From: an uncultured virus (IMG/VR IMGVR_UViG_3300043395_001428)
Lineage: Duplodnaviria > Heunggongvirae > Uroviricota > Caudoviricetes
Direction: 5' to 3' (one strand)
Virus record (IMG/VR): IMGVR_UViG_3300043395_001428
Length of the DNA: 64,000 nt
Below the pieces are notes generated by a model that did no database searches, had not been told where the DNA came from, and worked only from the letters and a program-made list of their open reading frames with translations. Below are positions 18,780 to 26,108 of the stretch, one piece after another. Every line of letters starts with the position of its first letter. Positions within the stretch are counted from its first letter, which is position 1. The translations under genes and the position numbers were made by a program.

Positions 18780-19409
18780 TTGAACTTGATAGTAATGCTT
18801 GACACAAATCACGACTTAGACGAATGTGCTGATGAATTGGGACACCCGACCGAGCAATTGTTTACGCCGTTGACACGATACTCGAATCGTCATCACGACC
18901 GTTGCTTTGGTATTGATAACGGGGCATTCTCTCGGTTCAATAAAAAGGCATTTCTTGCACTTTTAGAACGAGAAAAAGAACGCCGTTCCTTATGTCGCTT
19001 CGTTGCCGTGCCGGATGTCGTCGGGTCAGCTCGTCGAACATTGGAAGTGTTTGACCATTGGTATCCTGAGCTAGTCCATTGGCCTCTCGCTCTCGTTGCT
19101 CAAGACGGACAGGAAAACTTACCGATACCGTGGGAATATCTTGCGGCAATATTTATTGGTGGCACAACGCAATTTAAACTATCGGAACACGTCAAACAGA
19201 TCATTAAAGCGGCAAAAGCAATGGATAAATGGGTTCACGTTGGGCGAGTGAATACAGCTGACCGCTTTGAGTATTTCCAAGACCTCGGTGCGGATTCGGT
19301 AGATGGCTCAGGTATTGCTCAGTATTCGTGGATGCGTGAACGCATCGCGGACATTGGTAAAAATGCGACGCTATTTCAGGCGGATGAATTGATGGAGTTA
19401 GCAAGCTAA
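18780..19409 (+). CDS. queuine tRNA-ribosyltransferase-like (TGT/DpdA-like fold) protein
   Basis: IDNGAFS, VPDVVG, IGG, VHVGRVN, DSVDGS motifs; TTG start after GGAGG-like sequence. Confidence 0.6.
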   Translation: MNLIVMLDTNHDLDECADELGHPTEQLFTPLTRYSNRHHDRCFGIDNGAFSRFNKKAFLALLEREKERRSLCRFVAVPDVVGSARRTLEVFDHWYPELVHWPLALVAQDGQENLPIPWEYLAAIFIGGTTQFKLSEHVKQIIKAAKAMDKWVHVGRVNTADRFEYFQDLGADSVDGSGIAQYSWMRERIADIGKNATLFQADELMELAS

Positions 19410-19453
19410 CCGCCACCCGTTGCGGATCACAGCCGAGCCGTGCGGATCACGGT
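19405..19453 (+). repeat. right-flank repeat B2 (also 20247-20295; partial 18732-18751)
   Basis: GCTAACCGC.ACCCG.TGCGGATCACAGCCGAGCCGTGCGGATCACGGT; its TAA is the stop codon of the upstream gene. Confidence 0.9.
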
Positions 19454-19512
19454 GTGGAGTCAGCACGGCAATCATCAGGGCCGATGATCGAACTGCTCAA
19501 AAGGGAATCAAA

Positions 19513-19722
19513 ATGAACATGAGAACCGATGTGATATTGGATGGTCGTGATTACACGATTGAATTTAACTTTGATTGGGTAGAAGAGGAAATTCACGTCA
19601 ACATTGTCTCCGTCGTTGACGACCTGACGGGTTTAGACAGATGGGGCGAAGACGAGTTCATCGATCGTCACGCAGATGCGATACGAGCTGAGTGCGTTCA
19701 ATTTCTGAACGAAAATTATTAG
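19513..19722 (+). CDS. acidic hypothetical protein
   Basis: AAGGG RBS before ATG 19513. Confidence 0.6.
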   Translation: MNMRTDVILDGRDYTIEFNFDWVEEEIHVNIVSVVDDLTGLDRWGEDEFIDRHADAIRAECVQFLNENY

Positions 19723-19740
19723 ATTGATTGGAGAACCAAA

Positions 19741-19998
19741 ATGAGCAACGAAGCTGAAGAACTGAAAAAGGCACTAGCACCAACGTTAACCCTAGCCGAC
19801 GCTAGGACGGGTGACCGGATTTTGAATGTCTTTAACGGGCACCCTAATAGCGAAGCGTATTTGGAGATTGTGAACGCTGACGGAGAAAAGTGCGGGCTTT
19901 TGCTAAATGCTTCCCAGCTCCAAATTCTGGCTAAGGCACTCGCTCCGAATAAAGCGTTGCCGGACGAGTGGGAAGTTCTAAGGACGGTTGGGGGTTGA
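19741..19998 (+). CDS. hypothetical protein ending in repeat B1
   Basis: GGAG RBS. Confidence 0.65.
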   Translation: MSNEAEELKKALAPTLTLADARTGDRILNVFNGHPNSEAYLEIVNADGEKCGLLLNASQLQILAKALAPNKALPDEWEVLRTVGG

Positions 19999-19999
19999 T

Positions 20000-20251
20000 A
20001 TGGATATGCGATTTGAAGATTTTGGCAAAGGTGCGAAGTGTCAAACGTGCGGAGGCAGCGGAAAAGTTGTAGATCATGTTGATATTGGTAAATGGATAAA
20101 GGGCAGGCGTGAACGTGCGTCTAAGACGTTACGCGAAATATCCGTATCACTTGGTACATCGGTCAGTTATTTATCTGATTTGGAACGCGGGCGTCGAGCT
20201 TGGCGAAAAGATTTATATGACCGTGTGCTAAATGCTATTGTCGAGGGCTAA
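20000..20251 (+). CDS. XRE-family HTH protein with an N-terminal CxxCxGxG motif
   Basis: CQTCGGSG; TLREIS..LGTSVSYLSDLERGRR. Confidence 0.75.
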   Translation: MDMRFEDFGKGAKCQTCGGSGKVVDHVDIGKWIKGRRERASKTLREISVSLGTSVSYLSDLERGRRAWRKDLYDRVLNAIVEG

Positions 20252-20309
20252 CCGCGACCCGCTGCGGATCACAGCCGAGCCGTGCGGATCACGGTAGAGA
20301 GGGATTGAT

Positions 20310-20609
20310 ATGAAGTGTACTTATTGCACTAAAGACCACGATTCAGATTACATTTGTGATGAAATGTTTGGCGGATTTGCAAAGTTTACGGCGAATCAAA
20401 TTGCACAAGCAAACGCCACCCACCGAGAGGATGAGCTAACCGCCGACCTCGCCGCCGCTCGGTCAGAGGTTGAGAGGCTGACGAAGATTGTGCAAATCAA
20501 AGAAAGAATGATCGGAGAATTGCAAGATGCCTATACATTACCTGAGCCAAACTGCGAACTCACCGACGACATCGAATCAGGGCAAGACGATCAGGGAGAA
20601 CGAAAATGA
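20310..20609 (+). CDS. hypothetical protein
   Basis: RBS; CxxC plus coiled coil. Confidence 0.6.
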   Translation: MKCTYCTKDHDSDYICDEMFGGFAKFTANQIAQANATHREDELTADLAAARSEVERLTKIVQIKERMIGELQDAYTLPEPNCELTDDIESGQDDQGERK

Positions 20610-20842
20610 ACCATCAATATTGTGCCGGATGCGGAATGACCATTGAAACGCCGAGAGAGTATCACCCATTTGCGGTCTGTGCGATGTTCAAGATATTGCT
20701 CAACAGTAACCAGGTGCGTGGAAATATCAAACCAGTCATCGAATATGGAATGAAGGCTCAACGGCTTGGTGTTTCGATAGACGACGCTCTCGCTGATTTT
20801 AACACCGTGATAAGCGTAGAGGAGAACGAAAATGACAAGTGA
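20606..20842 (+). CDS. hypothetical protein
   Basis: GGAG RBS; CAGCG...EYHP..C. Confidence 0.6.
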   Translation: MNHQYCAGCGMTIETPREYHPFAVCAMFKILLNSNQVRGNIKPVIEYGMKAQRLGVSIDDALADFNTVISVEENENDK

Positions 20843-21197
20843 AATGGCAGAGGCGAGAGATGCCGCGTGGGAAAAGGATAAACGCAAATATCGTTACGAT
20901 GATACCGTGACGGAGCCAACCATTGCGATGCCGTGCTATCACGACGGCTTCGACGCTGGCTATGCCACCCGTGGCTCACAGTGGGTTGCGGTGACGGATC
21001 GACAACCGCCGTCTGATATAGCTGAAATATATCTTGCGTCAACATCTTGGGGCGGTTTAGACGATGTTGAGATTTTGACATTTGATGGCAAACAATGGGG
21101 CGAATGGCCTACATCTGCCCGGATTCGTGACGACGTTGTGGCGTGGATGCCCTTACCCGAACCATACACCGCCGACAGCGGACAGGAGGGAGAGTGA
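20832..21197 (+). CDS. DUF551-like protein
   Basis: WVAVTDRQP...VVAWMPLPEP. Confidence 0.75.
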   Translation: MTSEMAEARDAAWEKDKRKYRYDDTVTEPTIAMPCYHDGFDAGYATRGSQWVAVTDRQPPSDIAEIYLASTSWGGLDDVEILTFDGKQWGEWPTSARIRDDVVAWMPLPEPYTADSGQEGE

Positions 21198-21391
21198 TGA
21201 GTTTACTGGATGGACTCATAGGATATAGCTCTGATTGCCTTAAATGCGGCACGGTTGGCTCTTTGGATATGTCGAAACTTAGAGAGGGCGTCACGATATG
21301 TCAGCAATGCTCTAACCTACTACAACGGGCGAAAGACTTTGTTGACAATGATTCGTGTTGGACGGATCAGGATTATACCATTGATGAATAG
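21197..21391 (+). CDS. small zinc-ribbon protein
   Basis: CLKC...CQQC; GGAG RBS. Confidence 0.55.
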   Translation: MSLLDGLIGYSSDCLKCGTVGSLDMSKLREGVTICQQCSNLLQRAKDFVDNDSCWTDQDYTIDE

Positions 21392-21508
21392 CCAACGGCA
21401 CTGACCCGTTCGACGCTTGGCGGAATCTAAAAGCGTTGAATGTCGAGTCTGAGGATGCGTGAGGTTTAGCCTTGCAATTGCCGTGATACTATGCTACCAT
21501 ACTAAAAG

Positions 21509-22063
21509 ATGTCAGAATCAATAGACCGTGTAAATTTATACAGAACAGGTAAAACCCTACGCGAAGTAGGCGAAGCGTTTGGTGTATCTCACGAACAAAT
21601 CAGGCTCGACCTGATAACTCACGGCGAACAAGGGCGCTTCTTCAAACAAAAGAAAAAAGATGCGTGGGAACGACAGATGTACGGCGAGGCGGTTGCTATC
21701 ATCCGTGAACGCTATATCAAAGGCGAACACTTACGAGCCGTTGCAAGGGATGTCGGAGTACCGTGGTACGTGGTAGAAAAACTCTACACCAAGACCGAAG
21801 CTGACGAACAGGCACACATACGCGCTACGTTCTTTAGTCGAACAAAGATTGGCTCGACCCCTGACGGATTCGATACACCTTGTTTGGAATGGACAGGAAC
21901 ACTGTCGCACGGTACTAACCCGATCTATTGCCAAACAAATACAAGGCGCAATGCAAAGCAATGGCATTGGTGGTTCAAGTACGGAGAGTGGGTAACAGTA
22001 GAGAGGACGTGTCCTAACCCGTTGTGTGTGGGGCATATAAAGAAGGTAGAGGAGAATATATGA
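21509..22063 (+). CDS. HTH protein with a degenerate HNH-like C-terminus
   Basis: TLREVGEAFGVSHEQIR; CLEWTG...CPNPLCVGH; own TTGCAA-17-TACCAT promoter. Confidence 0.65.
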   Translation: MSESIDRVNLYRTGKTLREVGEAFGVSHEQIRLDLITHGEQGRFFKQKKKDAWERQMYGEAVAIIRERYIKGEHLRAVARDVGVPWYVVEKLYTKTEADEQAHIRATFFSRTKIGSTPDGFDTPCLEWTGTLSHGTNPIYCQTNTRRNAKQWHWWFKYGEWVTVERTCPNPLCVGHIKKVEENI

Positions 22064-22401
22064 AAAACAAAGAACTGGAACAACGAATGGTACGTCACGG
22101 TGAAGTTTTGTTATTGCCTATCGACGCAATCCCTGATGGTGCAGTTGAGACTTTTACGGGCAACGAATACATTGTCGCCCATTCAGAGACGGGGCATCAC
22201 CACGTTGCCGTTCTCGATAATCTTTCCGTCTTTACCTACGAGGGACGAACTTTTCTTCGCGCAGGTGAGGATGGCAAACTTGAGCATAAAAAGACCTTTG
22301 ACTTTCACGAGACAAAGACCATCTTCAAGGGACTGTATGAAGTCATTGCTAAAACAGCCTACAACTATTTTACTAAGGTAAGGGAACGGGTCATAGATTA
22401 G
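22060..22401 (+). CDS. His-rich phage protein (RHGEV / HSETGHHH), usual partner of DUF6745-like genes
   Basis: RHGEVLL, AHSETGHHH, LEH...H, RVID motifs. Confidence 0.7.
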   Translation: MKNKELEQRMVRHGEVLLLPIDAIPDGAVETFTGNEYIVAHSETGHHHVAVLDNLSVFTYEGRTFLRAGEDGKLEHKKTFDFHETKTIFKGLYEVIAKTAYNYFTKVRERVID

Positions 22402-22411
22402 GAGACTAAAA

Positions 22412-23572
22412 ATGTCAAAGGTTATCTCAAAACTTACTGCCAAACAAAAAGAACAAATTCCCGTCTATATCAAAAAATGGGTAGATGAAGCATCCGTGCC
22501 AACCAACCGTGACAAGGCATTATCTTGTATGACACAGATAATGCCTGAACGCACGGTGATATTCACGGAGTCGTTGCAAAACACTCTGGATATGATTGGG
22601 TTTATTTGCCAATTGTGTAAAGTAGATAGAATGGAGTACGATTCGCAACTCAGTTCGCAACTCAATTCGCAACTCCGTTCGCAACTCTATTCGCAACTCG
22701 ATTCGCAACTCTATTCGCAACTCAGTTTGCAACTCTATTCGCAACTCGATTTGCAACTCTATTTGCAACTCCGTTCGCAACTCGATTTGCAACTCGGTTC
22801 GCAACTCGATTCGCAACTCCGTTCGCAACTCGATTTGCAACTCGGTTCGCAACTCGACTCGCAACTCGACTCGCAACTCCGTTCGCAACTCGATTTGCAA
22901 CTCCGTTCGCAACTCGATTCGCAAGGCATCAAGTGGTCATATTACATTTCGTATTATTGGTATGTATGGGCAGGATGGTATTCGTTTGGAGAATACATTG
23001 GGGTGAAGTTTAACACAGATAAACTCACGGAATTTATCACTATCCTGAAAAACGCACCGATAGTCGTATTTGTCGGCAATCTTGTGTTTGTGTGTGAAAA
23101 ACCTACTATCTCTTGGGCGGACGGATTACTGCACAACGAATACGATTGTGCGATTAAATGGAAAGATAACACTGGGTTGCATTATCTTGATGGCGTGTAT
23201 TTCAAAAAAGCTCTGTGGCAATCTATTGTAAAACAGACCATCACCTTTGGTGAAATAATGGCTATTAAGAACACCGACGAACGCGCCGTTGCTTTGAAGT
23301 ACAACCCCAATGCGATGCTGAATGAAGATGCCAAGTTAGTGGACAGATCAGAACGAGGCAACGAACTTTGGTTGATTCAGGATACAGAGTTAAATAAATT
23401 TCTCGAAGAACCAAGTGTCTGGATGCTACGTATGACTTGTCCTACGGGCAGGGTCTTTGTTGAAGGCGTTGACCCTAAAGTAGCGATGAACAATCCGTCA
23501 GCGGATTATTGTCAGGCCGTGGCACTAGGAATCACACCACAGCAATATGGTTTTTTGAGAAACGAGGGGTAG
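22412..23572 (+). CDS. DUF6745-like protein with a tetrapeptide (xSQL) repeat tract
   Basis: KLT..Q N-terminus, repeat tract, LHNE...AIKW.D, CPTGR motifs. Confidence 0.75.
   Translation: MSKVISKLTAKQKEQIPVYIKKWVDEASVPTNRDKALSCMTQIMPERTVIFTESLQNTLDMIGFICQLCKVDRMEYDSQLSSQLNSQLRSQLYSQLDSQLYSQLSLQLYSQLDLQLYLQLRSQLDLQLGSQLDSQLRSQLDLQLGSQLDSQLDSQLRSQLDLQLRSQLDSQGIKWSYYISYYWYVWAGWYSFGEYIGVKFNTDKLTEFITILKNAPIVVFVGNLVFVCEKPTISWADGLLHNEYDCAIKWKDNTGLHYLDGVYFKKALWQSIVKQTITFGEIMAIKNTDERAVALKYNPNAMLNEDAKLVDRSERGNELWLIQDTELNKFLEEPSVWMLRMTCPTGRVFVEGVDPKVAMNNPSADYCQAVALGITPQQYGFLRNEG
22640..22927 (+). repeat. 12-bp tandem repeat, 24 units
   Basis: (NRY)TYGCAACTC units. Confidence 0.95.
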
Positions 23573-23595
23573 TGTGGGGCATATAAGGAAAGTAG

Positions 23596-23853
23596 ATGAA
23601 TAACAAACTAATACAAGTAACAGCAACAGAAGGTGGATTCAAATGGGATACGCGCCACGAGCTTACGGAGTGGCAACAGTATAGCAACCAATTTAAGGCT
23701 CTAGGACGCGGAGCACCTAAAATGTTTAGCGGAAGTACCTATGTCCGCCTAAAACGTCCTGACGAGCCTCAAATCGTCCCTATTGTGTATGTCAAGAGGT
23801 ACTTGCCGACGCATCCGTATCTACGGGCGAGAATGTTGCATTATGGACGGTAA
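23596..23853 (+). CDS. hypothetical protein
   Basis: AAGGA RBS. Confidence 0.6.
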   Translation: MNNKLIQVTATEGGFKWDTRHELTEWQQYSNQFKALGRGAPKMFSGSTYVRLKRPDEPQIVPIVYVKRYLPTHPYLRARMLHYGR

Positions 23854-23995
23854 AGTTTGGGCGACAGTCAGTTGGTAAATTTCTTGTTAGCGCCAGAAAC
23901 AACCATTGGAAGTCGCCCAATTTGCCTAGCCGAGATTAAACGTGTTACCCAACGGTGGCTCGTCTTGTAAGTCTAGGCAATTAAGATTTAGGAAT

Positions 23996-24047
23996 ATTAA
24001 GAGTTGAATGACCCGACGTTGTAGGGTAGTGAGAGTCCGTGAGGGCG
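23996..24047 (+). repeat. element A, copy 8
   Basis: AAGAGTTGA-N33-GAGGGCG. Confidence 0.8.
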
Positions 24048-24144
24048 TGGCTAACACACAAATGCCCGACCATTTCTAGCCGAGCGTTCGTAGGATAGGC
24101 ACTTGGTTCGCGAGATTATTGTAACACTTCTTGCTACAGATATG

Positions 24145-24291
24145 CTAGACTTTTTCCCATTTGCGTATTTTAGGTTTGTTCCAATACTTCGTCTTACATC
24201 GAGCGCACATTTTGGGTTCTTTTTGTGGTTGCCACTCATACCCACATCGTTCACAGATGTAGACTTTCACTTTTTTTGTAATAAATGCCAT
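24145..24291 (-). CDS. small zinc-ribbon protein (48 aa)
   Basis: CERCGYEW...PKMCARCKTKYWNKP; divergent from the Y-RNA/TROVE unit. Confidence 0.7.
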   Translation of the reverse strand: MAFITKKVKVYICERCGYEWQPQKEPKMCARCKTKYWNKPKIRKWEKV

Positions 24292-24300
24292 TATGGTAAA

Positions 24301-24337
24301 ATAATACTTGACAAGTAAGAAAAAAAGCAAGTATTAT
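24301..24337. promoter_or_regulatory. overlapping divergent promoters inside a 10-bp inverted repeat
   Basis: + strand TTGACA-18-TATTAT; - strand TTGCTT-18-TATTAT; ATAATACTTG/CAAGTATTAT arms. Confidence 0.65.
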
Positions 24338-24355
24338 TATCTTAGATATTTGATT

Positions 24356-24423
24356 TGACGTGTTCAGCAATTCGGTTACTTCACAGATAATGAAAAACAC
24401 ACCGAGCCGCGATTTTACCGTCA
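24356..24423 (+). ncRNA. candidate Y-RNA-like hairpin 1
   Basis: TGACG/CGTCA closing stem, TCGGT/ACCGA stem, TACTTC-loop-GAA core; upstream of TROVE. Confidence 0.7.
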
Positions 24424-24432
24424 TTACACATT

Positions 24433-24502
24433 CTAAAGTGGTCAAAGTTTGAGTTACTTCTATCCATTAAACGAAAAACACTCAACTTGTCTTTCCCTTT
24501 GG
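24433..24502 (+). ncRNA. candidate Y-RNA-like hairpin 2
   Basis: CTAAAG/CTTTGG closing stem, TTGAGT/ACTCAA stem, same core. Confidence 0.7.
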
Positions 24503-24511
24503 TATAACATT

Positions 24512-24577
24512 TTCGCGTAGTCAGAGTCTCGGTTACTTCTTGCTTTGAAACCATACCGACCTCATTTTTCTCGCGGA
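24512..24577 (+). ncRNA. candidate Y-RNA-like hairpin 3
   Basis: TTCGCG/CGCGGA closing stem, TCGGT/ACCGA stem, same core. Confidence 0.7.
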
Positions 24578-24586
24578 TACACCAAT

Positions 24587-24616
24587 AGCCACTTTTATTA
24601 GTGGCTTTTCTATTTT
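24587..24616 (+). terminator. terminator-like hairpin between the RNA array and the TROVE gene
   Basis: AGCCAC-TTTTATTA-GTGGCT followed by TTTCTATTTT, just before the AAGGAG RBS. Confidence 0.6.
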
Positions 24617-24628
24617 AAGGAGTCTAAA

Positions 24629-26065
24629 ATGTCCAAATTTAACACTGCGGTAAAAACGCAAACTGTCGAAAATCTAGCAGGTGGTCAGGCTTACGCCCAA
24701 TCCCCTGAGCTAGAACTTACGTCCATTCTCTTAACCTCTTTCGTCAACGATCAATTTTATCGGTCAGCGTCAGATACCGTAGCGCGAGTTAAGGCTATCG
24801 CCCCGACTGTTGACCCTGAGTATGCCGTGAAACTCGCGGTCTATGCCCGTAAAGTATTCGGGATGCGTTCCATTTCTCAGGTCTTGGCATCTGAAATCGC
24901 TCCGTTGCTTTCCAAAAAACCGTATGCACGAGATTTCTATACCGCTATCGTTAAACGTCCTGATGATATGACCGAAATACTAGCGTATCATCTATCTAAT
25001 GGACAAAAACCATCTGCCGCGATGAAGGCGGGATTTGCTAAAGCATTTGATTTTTTCGAGGGGTATCATCTCGCAAAATATCGTGGGGAAGGGAAGTCCA
25101 AGAAACTCGTGGACGTTGTGAACCTCGTCCACCCGAAAGGCAATTCTCGTAACGCGGTGGCTCTAAAGCAATTAGTGGACGGCACGTTGCGTTCAACTGA
25201 AACGTGGGAAGCAAAACTATCCAAAGGCGATAACGCCTCTGAGGCTTGGCAGTCATTGCTGACGGAACGCAAGTTGGGCTATCTCGCCCTTGTGCGTAAT
25301 CTGCGTAATATCCTGAAGGATGCTCCTGATGCAGTCACTATTGCGTGTGAAGAACTTACCAACCCTGAAAAGGTTGCTAAGTCTTTGATTATGCCGTTTC
25401 AACTTATCACTGCCTACAAAGAGTTGGTCGGTGCAGACGCTAATTCCCGACTTGTGCGAGATGCTCTAAGTCAGGCTATCGAACTATCATGTCAGAATGT
25501 ACCTAATCTGCCCAATACTCTTGTTGGGGTAGATAATTCAGGTTCAATGGGGTCATCCGTATCAGGTGGCAAGTTGTCTTGTGCTGAGGCAGGGGCAGCG
25601 TTCGGAATGATTTTAGCCAAGCGCTCCAATGCTGACATTGTGGAATTTGGCACGAGCGCTCGGTATATTCAATACGACCTGAAAGATTCGGTGCTTGATT
25701 TTGCCTCGCAATTTCAGGGGATGAACCAAGTGGGGCACGGTACGGACTTTCACGCGATTTTTCGAACGGCGAATAAAAAGTACGACCGTATTATTATTTT
25801 TTCTGACATGCAAGGGTGGATAGGATACTCCTCACCTGTCGCCCAATTTCAGGCATATAAGAAGCAGTACGATGCTTCACCATTCGTGTATTCGGTAGAC
25901 TTGGCAGGTCACGGTTCGTTGCAGTTCCCTGAGAACCAAGTATTCTGTCTTGCAGGGTTTAGCGGAGAAATGTTTTCCTTAATGGAAAAACTCGAAGCAG
26001 ACAAACAGGCGATGGTAAATACCATTAAAGCCTTAGACCTTGCTGAGTATTTACCGCGTGTTTAA
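24629..26065 (+). CDS. rsr: Ro60/Rsr-like TROVE domain RNA-binding protein with C-terminal vWA
   Basis: NLAGGQAY, DQFY, AVYAR..FGMRS, RPDDM, LAKY, HPK, TWE..LS, ALVRNLRN; MIDAS VDNSGSM, GTDF, SDMQ. Confidence 0.92.
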   Translation: MSKFNTAVKTQTVENLAGGQAYAQSPELELTSILLTSFVNDQFYRSASDTVARVKAIAPTVDPEYAVKLAVYARKVFGMRSISQVLASEIAPLLSKKPYARDFYTAIVKRPDDMTEILAYHLSNGQKPSAAMKAGFAKAFDFFEGYHLAKYRGEGKSKKLVDVVNLVHPKGNSRNAVALKQLVDGTLRSTETWEAKLSKGDNASEAWQSLLTERKLGYLALVRNLRNILKDAPDAVTIACEELTNPEKVAKSLIMPFQLITAYKELVGADANSRLVRDALSQAIELSCQNVPNLPNTLVGVDNSGSMGSSVSGGKLSCAEAGAAFGMILAKRSNADIVEFGTSARYIQYDLKDSVLDFASQFQGMNQVGHGTDFHAIFRTANKKYDRIIIFSDMQGWIGYSSPVAQFQAYKKQYDASPFVYSVDLAGHGSLQFPENQVFCLAGFSGEMFSLMEKLEADKQAMVNTIKALDLAEYLPRV

Positions 26066-26108
26066 CAGATACCATTGACACGTATGCTAGAATATATGTG
26101 CTAGCATA

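Noticed and set aside
22520..22924. Minus-strand ELRTELRI repeat ORF
   Set aside because: Antisense shadow of the 12-bp repeat.
22640..22927. CRISPR array or DGR variable region
   Set aside because: 12-bp in-frame coding period with 3-nt variable parts; no cas gene, reverse transcriptase or template repeat seen.
3556..24047. Element A as integron attC sites
   Set aside because: GTTRRRY-like boxes are in direct orientation, there is no RYYYAAC partner, and no tyrosine recombinase is in the window.
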